47,800 nt of DNA from an uncultured bacterium (GTDB lineage: Bacteria; Omnitrophota; Omnitrophia; Omnitrophales; Aquincolibacteriaceae). Position numbers and translations under genes: made by a program. The stretch is taken from contig CAZGID010000001.1 of assembly GCA_964526065.1 (NCBI GenBank), positions 1 to 47,800 of the forward strand, read 5' to 3'. Positions 40,091-47,800 of this stretch are shown here, one piece after another. The notes under the pieces are model-generated. The model was not told where the DNA came from and searched no databases. It saw only the letters and a list, made by a program, of their open reading frames with translations. Numbering within the stretch: position 1 is the stretch's first letter; each line of letters opens with the position of its first letter.

Positions 40091-43000
40091 TTAGGCGGAC
40101 CGCAGGAAATGCTGGCGCATTTTCTCGGCGGAAGCCAGCAAAACGCCGAGAATTTCCGACGGGACCTTGGAATCATCATAATAGTAGTGCTGATCGCCGA
40201 TCAGAAAACGCTGCAAAAGCTGGTCGTAAAGTTTCTGAGAAAGCCGGGCCGCCGACCACAGCAGCGGATACTCCTCGGCATAGCGGTTGTTCCCCGAGCT
40301 GACGAGATTGTGTTGAATCGTCTTCGCATGCTGCATGGCACCTTCATACTGGGCGCGGGAATTCCATTGCCGCGGATAGACATACACCATCCGGTTGAGC
40401 ACTTCCGTAATCGATTCCCGTCCCGCCATCCCGGCCATCCGGGACGCGGCGTTGGCCAGCAGGCTTCTGGCGCGCGCGGCCGATTCCGGGACAATCAGTT
40501 GAACCCGGTCCTCGCCCACCGTTTCAGCGACTTCTTTCTCGATCACGCCCGCTTGTGTCTGCAGGGCCTGCGCCTCACTGCGCAATTGTACCGCCGAAGC
40601 GGTCCGCTCAAAATCGGGCAGCCAGACCACCAGCAGATTCAGATTTTCTTCCGATTCGAGAATCGAAACCAGACTGTCCACACGCGGCTGTTCATTCACC
40701 ACCCAGACCACGTCGGCGGCCTGATTTTCCGAAAATTCAATCCCGGCCGCCTGAAGTTCCCGGTTCTGCACTTCCAGAACATTCCGGATTTCCGGATCGT
40801 GCCAGGCCGGCAAATACGCCTGAAAGATTTCCGCCGCAAACGCCTCTTCGGCAATCAGTTGTTCAAAACGCCGCAGCATCGCTTCCACCTGAACGATTCC
40901 CGACTCTTCGACCGCGTCGATTAATTCCCGCACCGCAAACTCAGGCGGACTGCGCCGCGGCTCGGCCAGCAGATAAGTGACCATCCGGCGGCCGATGCGG
41001 GCCAAGTCCGGTTCTTCTTTTGCCTCTACACGCGCAAGTCCGTCATCGCGCGCTTCGGGACGCTGCGCCAGTTCGGCAATTTTGCGCCGGGCTTCTCCAA
41101 GCAACCACGGGTGCGGCCCGGCAGTAGCGCCCGGCCGGATGGGCGTCTCGGTTGTCAAGTCGCGGTAAGAATCCAACTCGAGTTCGGTGGCTAACCCATC
41201 ATCAAGAATATAGGACAACCACTTAATTTTGTTTTGCCGATCATCTGATTTCCAGTCTTCCTGATCATTCAAACCCACGGCGAGATCGGCTTCTTCAACG
41301 TAGGCCGGCCGGTGGAAAAGCATAAGAAGATCCGAGGTCAGCCCCTGTTCCTTCAAAAGCGGCCGCAGGATTTTGTTCGCCCGGCCCCGCGTATTCACAT
41401 CCAGAAACACAATGTGACGCAAACCAGCTGCCACATACCCTTCTTGGCGAAGATAACGAAGAACCTGCTCCTTGGCTTCCGGCGATGCGTGCGGCTCCCC
41501 ATTCTCAAAAGTCAGTCCCAATCCCGTTTGAATAGCACGTGAAAAAAGAAACGGCTTCCAATGAACGCCCAGCTTTTTCAATTCAGGCCGCACATAATCC
41601 CCCAGGTGATCGGCACCGCTGCGCAACGGCACAAGGGCAACCTGATCCGGAGATGCTCCCGATGCCTGCAAAAGCCCTTCCACATGTTCGCGGACCATCT
41701 TGCGGAAATCGATCAGCATTTCCGTGATTTCCGAGTCTTCAAACAAAATGCGTAAAAATGTCTGCAAGGCCGTTCGCGCCGCTTTCTTTTGATCCGCATA
41801 GGCTGCCTCTCCTGTTTCCGCGGCATTCGCCAGCCATTTCAAAATCAAAACTGCTTGCTGCGGCCGCAGGCCGGCTAGTGTCTGCAAACTCTGTTCCAGC
41901 TCCGCTTCCTTCTGATTCAGCGCCGCCTGCTGGATGCGGTTAAATAAAGTTTCTGATTCACGATGGTAGGCTTTGAGCCCGTCTTCAAGTTCCAACCGGG
42001 AAAGTGAGGCAATTTCATTCACGTGATAAAAGACCACACGCCGATCGCCCAGCGCTCCGTAAACTTCCGGCCGTTGAAAAAATTGCCGGATGGCGCTATA
42101 GTCCCACGGACCATCCCGCGGTTCCGTGCCGGCGTGCGCTTCCAGAAGGCGAATTGCATTTTCAGTCAACGCACGGCTGGCATCATCCAGATCGGAAGTC
42201 CAGTAAAACGGCATTCCGCGCTCTTGAAGGAATTCGCGGGACCGTGCTTCGGAGCGGTCCAGAATTTTTTCGAGTCGGCGGCGCACTTCTTCCGGATTTT
42301 CATCCAGTGCCAGAATTTCGCTTTCCATCACATCCCCCCGGAAACCCGCCACAACAACCCGGCTCCCTTCGCCCCGCACATTGAGATGTTCGCCCGGAAA
42401 CCGGCGGCGGATCACGTCATGAAGCTGCTCAGCGATCAATTCGGCGGTCGTCCACTGAATTGTTTCTTCAAAATTTCCTTCGGGCGTCCGGATAGTAAAA
42501 GAAAGAGTTTTAAGCGTCTGCCGCTGGACTTCCTGCCCGGAGATCCTGTCAAAGCGGTTGCCCGCCGGCCGGTCGTCCGGATCGATCTTCAGATACTGCT
42601 GCTCATAGGTCTCAAACGAAATACTTTCCCAAACTGCCAGCACGCGCAGCCAGCTTTCCAGCTTTTTCTTAACCGCCGGCGCCTGACCGGGCGTATCGCG
42701 CAGCGTCTGACGATAAATTTCTTCCAGCGGGCGGATATAAAACCGCCAGAAAAGACCTTCCGGAGATTTTGAAAATTCGGCGCCCGGAATGCCTGCGATT
42801 TTGACAACGGCGCGAAGCGTATCCAGTTGGGCATAGCTGCGGGGCAAAGCCAGCCCGTGTTTCTGCCAGGTGGCATCGATCATTTCCTGAATGAAAGCAA
42901 GCATGGGCTGAAGCAGTTCGTACGGGCTACCGCGATCCACCAGGGAACGCAAATTCTGTAAATAAGACAAAACCAGCTGGCCCGTTTGAATCACGAGCAC

Positions 43001-46000
43001 GGGATCATCCGAAAGGTAAGATTCCCGCAGCGCCGTGCGTATGCTCTCGGGAATACCCGTGCGGGGATCTATGCCGGTGTTCATCAGAACCGGCAGCGCC
43101 GAAATCGCCATATGGTGCCGGCTTCGCAGTAATTGCTGAAAGGCCTCAACACCTTCCGGAAGGGCAAGCCGTTGATAAAATTGAGCAGCTGCGGGGCGGA
43201 TAAAGGAACGCATTTCTGGAGCGCGATGCACGGAAAAATTAACAAAATCCGTGAATTCTTCCATACCTTCCATTTTAGAAAAAATGGTATTCATCAAATT
43301 CTCCACCGCATTAGGCTGTAAAGAAGCCCCGGATTTCAGGACGGGCTCAATGGCCAGAATCAAACTTTTGCGGGCCTCTCCGGATATCGCCGCCATTTCT
43401 TCCAGCTGTTTGAAAAACCCCGCATCGCCTCGCAGCACCGCCCCCTCAACCAGCGGGCGCAAGCGCGAGACCTCAGAAATTGCTTTCCAGCGCGCTGTAT
43501 CGTATTGAAGAAAACGGTCCAAACCAAAATTTTTAAGTGCCGTTTCGAATGCATCCTGCCGGCTTCCGAATTTGCGCCGCGCGGTATCCAGGATATAAAC
43601 CTGAATAGCACCGAGCGCCACCCGGAAAGGAACGGGATAGTCCTGATCCGCCATCACCTGCTCCATAACCGCCATTGATTTTAGAGACTCCGAGGCGGTT
43701 TCAAATCCCATGCGGCCCGATTCACGCCGGTACATCGGCTGTGCCGCCACCATGACATCGAAAGGATAATCTCCTGCCACCAGCATTTCGCCGATAATGT
43801 GCAGGAACAATCGGAGACTGTCGCGATTCGGTGCCCTCTCAATATAACGGATGATATTTCCTAACCCGTGTTCGAGCTGGCGGTCCCGGTCTTCGGGCGT
43901 CAACGCGGAAGAGGCCTTCTTTAACATATCGCGCGTTAGAATCTCGATGTCCGCGTAGGCTTCCGGCACGGGCTGCCATAGCGGCGTATTGGCATATAAG
44001 CTCGAAACATACTCGGCAAATTCGATCTCATCCACCGCGGAACCGCCGGACGGCTGTTTTTTACGAGCTTCCGGCCGGCCCAGCGCGATGCGTTCTGGCA
44101 TATCGCCGGCCGCCATCAAGCGAACATCGAGCTGTTTCCTGTCATAGTAGCGGTCTTCGCCGGGATCCAGGTAAAAATCCAGCGTATGGCCGTAATGATT
44201 CCCAAGATTCTGACGAACCAGTTGATGCGCCGCTTTAAGACGCTGCTCCGCCTCCGGCACACGCTGCTGATTGACCAGCTCCGGCACAGGCGCCGTCAGA
44301 TTGCCAAATTCCAGATGAAAATTCCTCTTCGCAGGCATCGCGGCCTGCGGAGTGCGGAATAAATCCTCCTGCACAATCCTCATCATTCTGAAATAGTCAC
44401 GCATGGCTCGGGTACTCCGGATATTTTCCATAATATCCCGGAAGGACTCGCCCGCCTGATCCCGCTGCATATATGCCACGATCTGTCTTTGCATCGTTTC
44501 AATTTGCACAATGCCCTGCTGGGACAGGCCGGGAAAGCCCGAAAATAACTCCTGCCATTTGGCAAAACGTGTCTTTGTTTCCAAAGAAGGTGGAAGGTTC
44601 TCGACAAACACATCGTTATCTTCGGGCGCCAGATACGAAACAACAAATTCGGCATCCTTAAAATTCAGAGCCCTGTCTCGCAACGTGATTTCGCCATAAT
44701 TTGAAATCTGGACATGATGAAGCAGCCGGGCTTCAATATCCGAACGCAGCAGATTCTGCCGAACGGCTGGATTCAGATCAAAAGCAGGGCCGAATTCAAA
44801 GGCATAAACTCTTTTGATTTTCTTCCCCTGCTCATCGAGTTCGACCGCATCCAGCATCGTATGGTAATCTCCGGCAGGATGGCTGACGCGCACAACCACA
44901 TTGAACCGCAGATTCCGTTTCTGCCGGGCCGCGGGTTGTGACATTTCCTCCGTCAAGAAATTAAGCTGATGCATGGCTTTGTAACCTTCTTTCATCGTTT
45001 GAACGGCTTGATGACGCAAGAAGGCCATATAAAACGATGTGTAGAGTGGAGAGTATTTTTTCTTTCCATCGGCATTGACAGTCACCGAGAGATCTTTGAC
45101 GTCAAGAAAAGGCAGATAATCCAGCCGTCCGGGCGTTTGTAAAATCCCAAGGAGTTCTTCAAAGGATTCCGGAAGGCGGTGATAGATTCTCTCAAACTCA
45201 GCGGTGGCGGCGCTCACCTCATCCGCCAGCCGCCTCTTAATATGCGGTTCGGAAAGCCGGCGGGTTTCCTCGATCACAATGGCCGAATGCTTTTTTCCAA
45301 GGTCTGTTAACTGAACGCTTTCCTGAGAATCAACAACCGGGATAATTTCACGCTCAAAAATCGAAGTCCCTCCTGGTGTTTCCCGGCCCAGGATTTCATC
45401 GGTCTTTTTTCCATCGAATTTATGGATGACGGCCAGAGTCTGAAGCAAACGTTCATAACGGCGGTAATTGACGTTCCGATAACTTCCCTGTTCCGCTCCT
45501 TCGCGCAGCAATTCGACGCCAATATCCCGCAGCATAATATGAAAATCAGGGATGAGGCCGGTCAATGCGTCCGTATATTTTTGAAGGAACATTTCATAGT
45601 GCTCCACATTGAAACCATGATGCCGGATCAGTGTTCGCACCAGATTTTTGACTTTAGCGGCCGCATAAGGACGGACGACTCGTTTTATACGGGACTTGGA
45701 TTTGCGATTCTTGGAGTATTCCGGATAGTAATAATACATCCGCATCCATTCCATAATCAGCACCGGATCCTCCAGACGCACCGCTTCTTCAACCGCCTTA
45801 TTCAGATTCTCATCCCCGCCGCTTTCCGGCATATCCCCGAAACTCAGGACCATCGCCATGGCCTGTTTGTTCCAATAATTCTTTTTAAATGCCCTGTGTA
45901 CCACTTTTCTTTGCCCGGAATCTGCCAGCAGCTGATTTAACTTTATTGGGATCCCTTTGAGAGAAAGATCAAAATCCCGTCCTCGCGACGCCGCTTCCAG

Positions 46001-47773
46001 ACGCCTTGCCATGGTCAAAATTTCCTGAACGTCCTGAATTTCATTAATCAGAAAATCCAAAAGCACTTGCGCATTTGGCAGGCGGCCGGCCCCGGATTTG
46101 GTCCAATTGGCCGCAAAATCAGTAAGCACATGGATCATCTCGCGCCGGTATTCCGCATCTTCCCGGATTCTCTTCCGGCTTTCGGCATCGGTGATCTGCC
46201 CGTCTTGAATGGTTCGGGCCAGCCGGAAGAGTTCGCCTCCGTCCGGATAGCGGCGCTGCGCATCCCCGAGGCTTTCCAGAAATCCGAATCTCGGATTTGC
46301 TTCCGAAACTTTCCAGGAAAGCAAGGCCTCTTCAAGCGGCGTTCCCGCTTCTGTAAAAACCTTCTCCTGTTTTTCAAAGGCATCCGTTAACTCCGAATAT
46401 GCATAGTACTTTTCATCCGGAGAAGCGCCGGTATCTTCAAGAATCTGAAGAAACCGCTGCAAATTCAACATGCTGTAGGCCCGCTGTTGATCGCCTGCGA
46501 TGTCCTCCGTTTTGGCAGCTTCACGCCGGACATCGCTGAGACGCACAAAAAGTTCGTTGCTTGCCTGCAGGGTTTCCTCATCGAAATTTTGTGTGACTCT
46601 TTCGGAAGTCAGGATGGCTGCAGCAAAATGAAACCGATTGACCGCGTTATTGTCCCGGACAAACTCAATCAGACTTTCTTCTGCCTTGGTGCGTTCAGAA
46701 CCCGTCAATCGCAAGAAACGCTGCAGCCCCTCGCGAATCCGATAGCGTTCCTCTACCGTCATTTTCCAAACCAAAACATTCGATGAATCCCGGACCTTTT
46801 CCCACAAACGCCGGTTGAATTCTTTATCGGAAAGCTTTGGCAGCTCGGGTTCTTCTTCGATTTCTTCTGTCTCTTTTTCCGCATCCCGGCGGAAGCGCAG
46901 CTCCTGAATCGCCACACCGCTCAATTCACTCAACCGCTTCAAACTGCTCTCCAGGGCCGCTTCATCCACTTCTTTGACGGCTTCATCTTGAGCCAGGCTT
47001 ACAAAAATGGCCGCATACACGCGCACCGCCTGCGGCAGACGGCCAAGCGCCGTGATTAATGCCTCGCGCGGGGGATCGGCCGTTTCCAGCCGTGCGGCTT
47101 CGCTTTTTAATGCGGTAATGATCTGTTCCCAGCCGCCGTTCCAGACCGCCAGTTTTTCATCGCGGCTCATTTCATGAATGCTCCGCGCCTCCGAACGAAC
47201 CGTAGGTATTTCAACGCGTGCTTCCGGCCGGCCTCCATCCTGGCTCTCTTCCCAAGACCTGAACTTCAACTCCCGAAGATCAAAATAGAATCCCTTAAAA
47301 AGGCGCGCAGCGGTATCCCGGGCGGAGCTAACCATGCGAGTCTGCGTCTCCTCAAGAATTTCCGTGTCAATCAGTTCCGCCTGCAAAGCTTCTAAACGAA
47401 GCCGTGACTCACCGGCTTGTGCCGTTCCGCCGAGAAAAGGGTCCAGAATGTCCGAATAAAGACGGCCCGTCAGACTCTCAAGGAAGGCATGAAGCTCTTC
47501 ATAAGTGGCCCGGGTGCCCATATTCTGATTTTGATCGTATACGCGGTGCGAAAGGCGGTCTACCAAGTTGAAAGCCAAAGCCGTGCGCAAAACTGCATCC
47601 AGCACCTCCAGCTTTTCGCGATCGCGTTCCAAAACATCCGGGTCTTCGGAATTTGCAACAGCGGAAAATTCTCCTTTTATCTGCTGAAGAACCCCATGCA
47701 AGGAAGCTTTTCGAACCGCAGGCAAATCGGTTAAAGATCTTATCGATTCTTCATGCGCCGTGGTAATCATCAT
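40091..47773 (-). CDS. Giant hypothetical protein, at least 2,560 aa, no assignable domain
   Basis: A single uninterrupted 7,683-nt ORF with a TAA stop at 40091-40093. The first ATG is at 47773, but the frame stays open to the window end (47800) and no SD precedes that ATG. The translation has no P-loop, Rossmann, metalloprotease, helicase, NRPS/PKS, RTX or YD motifs, no TM segment and no Cys. Confidence 0.8.
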   Translation of the reverse strand: MMITTAHEESIRSLTDLPAVRKASLHGVLQQIKGEFSAVANSEDPDVLERDREKLEVLDAVLRTALAFNLVDRLSHRVYDQNQNMGTRATYEELHAFLESLTGRLYSDILDPFLGGTAQAGESRLRLEALQAELIDTEILEETQTRMVSSARDTAARLFKGFYFDLRELKFRSWEESQDGGRPEARVEIPTVRSEARSIHEMSRDEKLAVWNGGWEQIITALKSEAARLETADPPREALITALGRLPQAVRVYAAIFVSLAQDEAVKEVDEAALESSLKRLSELSGVAIQELRFRRDAEKETEEIEEEPELPKLSDKEFNRRLWEKVRDSSNVLVWKMTVEERYRIREGLQRFLRLTGSERTKAEESLIEFVRDNNAVNRFHFAAAILTSERVTQNFDEETLQASNELFVRLSDVRREAAKTEDIAGDQQRAYSMLNLQRFLQILEDTGASPDEKYYAYSELTDAFEKQEKVFTEAGTPLEEALLSWKVSEANPRFGFLESLGDAQRRYPDGGELFRLARTIQDGQITDAESRKRIREDAEYRREMIHVLTDFAANWTKSGAGRLPNAQVLLDFLINEIQDVQEILTMARRLEAASRGRDFDLSLKGIPIKLNQLLADSGQRKVVHRAFKKNYWNKQAMAMVLSFGDMPESGGDENLNKAVEEAVRLEDPVLIMEWMRMYYYYPEYSKNRKSKSRIKRVVRPYAAAKVKNLVRTLIRHHGFNVEHYEMFLQKYTDALTGLIPDFHIMLRDIGVELLREGAEQGSYRNVNYRRYERLLQTLAVIHKFDGKKTDEILGRETPGGTSIFEREIIPVVDSQESVQLTDLGKKHSAIVIEETRRLSEPHIKRRLADEVSAATAEFERIYHRLPESFEELLGILQTPGRLDYLPFLDVKDLSVTVNADGKKKYSPLYTSFYMAFLRHQAVQTMKEGYKAMHQLNFLTEEMSQPAARQKRNLRFNVVVRVSHPAGDYHTMLDAVELDEQGKKIKRVYAFEFGPAFDLNPAVRQNLLRSDIEARLLHHVQISNYGEITLRDRALNFKDAEFVVSYLAPEDNDVFVENLPPSLETKTRFAKWQELFSGFPGLSQQGIVQIETMQRQIVAYMQRDQAGESFRDIMENIRSTRAMRDYFRMMRIVQEDLFRTPQAAMPAKRNFHLEFGNLTAPVPELVNQQRVPEAEQRLKAAHQLVRQNLGNHYGHTLDFYLDPGEDRYYDRKQLDVRLMAAGDMPERIALGRPEARKKQPSGGSAVDEIEFAEYVSSLYANTPLWQPVPEAYADIEILTRDMLKKASSALTPEDRDRQLEHGLGNIIRYIERAPNRDSLRLFLHIIGEMLVAGDYPFDVMVAAQPMYRRESGRMGFETASESLKSMAVMEQVMADQDYPVPFRVALGAIQVYILDTARRKFGSRQDAFETALKNFGLDRFLQYDTARWKAISEVSRLRPLVEGAVLRGDAGFFKQLEEMAAISGEARKSLILAIEPVLKSGASLQPNAVENLMNTIFSKMEGMEEFTDFVNFSVHRAPEMRSFIRPAAAQFYQRLALPEGVEAFQQLLRSRHHMAISALPVLMNTGIDPRTGIPESIRTALRESYLSDDPVLVIQTGQLVLSYLQNLRSLVDRGSPYELLQPMLAFIQEMIDATWQKHGLALPRSYAQLDTLRAVVKIAGIPGAEFSKSPEGLFWRFYIRPLEEIYRQTLRDTPGQAPAVKKKLESWLRVLAVWESISFETYEQQYLKIDPDDRPAGNRFDRISGQEVQRQTLKTLSFTIRTPEGNFEETIQWTTAELIAEQLHDVIRRRFPGEHLNVRGEGSRVVVAGFRGDVMESEILALDENPEEVRRRLEKILDRSEARSREFLQERGMPFYWTSDLDDASRALTENAIRLLEAHAGTEPRDGPWDYSAIRQFFQRPEVYGALGDRRVVFYHVNEIASLSRLELEDGLKAYHRESETLFNRIQQAALNQKEAELEQSLQTLAGLRPQQAVLILKWLANAAETGEAAYADQKKAARTALQTFLRILFEDSEITEMLIDFRKMVREHVEGLLQASGASPDQVALVPLRSGADHLGDYVRPELKKLGVHWKPFLFSRAIQTGLGLTFENGEPHASPEAKEQVLRYLRQEGYVAAGLRHIVFLDVNTRGRANKILRPLLKEQGLTSDLLMLFHRPAYVEEADLAVGLNDQEDWKSDDRQNKIKWLSYILDDGLATELELDSYRDLTTETPIRPGATAGPHPWLLGEARRKIAELAQRPEARDDGLARVEAKEEPDLARIGRRMVTYLLAEPRRSPPEFAVRELIDAVEESGIVQVEAMLRRFEQLIAEEAFAAEIFQAYLPAWHDPEIRNVLEVQNRELQAAGIEFSENQAADVVWVVNEQPRVDSLVSILESEENLNLLVVWLPDFERTASAVQLRSEAQALQTQAGVIEKEVAETVGEDRVQLIVPESAARARSLLANAASRMAGMAGRESITEVLNRMVYVYPRQWNSRAQYEGAMQHAKTIQHNLVSSGNNRYAEEYPLLWSAARLSQKLYDQLLQRFLIGDQHYYYDDSKVPSEILGVLLASAEKMRQHFLRSA

Positions 47774-47800
47774 GTTCGGCCGGGGTAAAGGTTCGTAAAA

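Noticed and set aside
40091-47773. The giant ORF as an NRPS/PKS, RTX adhesin, Rhs/YD toxin, large helicase-type defence protein or AsmA/TamB-like bridge.
   Set aside because: None of the diagnostic motifs are present: adenylation, condensation or ACP cores, GGxGxD nonapeptides, YD repeats, Walker A/B, or an N-terminal TM plus beta-rich repeat. There is no tandem repeat structure, and the sequence looks helical rather than beta-rich.

Overview
This is a very gene-dense bacterial chromosomal window. By my ORF calls it is about 96 percent coding, with 34 protein genes and one tRNA. Most genes are on the minus strand and many are joined by ATGA/TGATG start-stop overlaps. The content is mainly core metabolism. 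It includes sdhC (partial)-sdhA-sdhB at the left edge and a class II (B12) ribonucleotide reductase nrdJ preceded by tandem NrdR-type boxes. A folate-themed operon mnmE-folC-purH-pabC-pabB is followed by hflK-hflC and a DUF1015 gene. A TCA super-cluster icd-mdh-acnA-(gamma-CA)-(FAD oxidoreductase)-gltA-sucC-sucD runs without a break into a four-gene polyamine-looking module: a GspS-like ATP-grasp ligase, a COG2159 amidohydrolase, a DUF2203-like protein and the pyruvoyl arginine decarboxylase pdaD. Other notable content is an inositol-lipid gene pair (Ino1-type inositol-3-phosphate synthase plus CDP-alcohol phosphatidyltransferase) and a CHASE2-GGDEF cyclase. There is also an 828-aa HEAT-repeat protein ending in a CxxC-hydrophobic-CxxC module, and a tRNA-Ser(CGA) whose 3' end and downstream flank are tandemly duplicated (2 x 135 bp). 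The best candidate for undescribed biology is the right-hand 7.7 kb. It is one uninterrupted ORF of at least 2,560 codons, with the frame still open at the window edge. It has no motif I can assign, no cysteine at all, and an RPEAR pentapeptide recurring three times about 1,000 residues apart. A membrane-anchored alpha/beta hydrolase follows it. I saw no CRISPR array, transposase, integrase, rRNA or recognisable defence or toxin system. The taxon cannot be assigned from this sequence alone. All calls come from reading the ORF translations and the DNA by eye; no database search was run.
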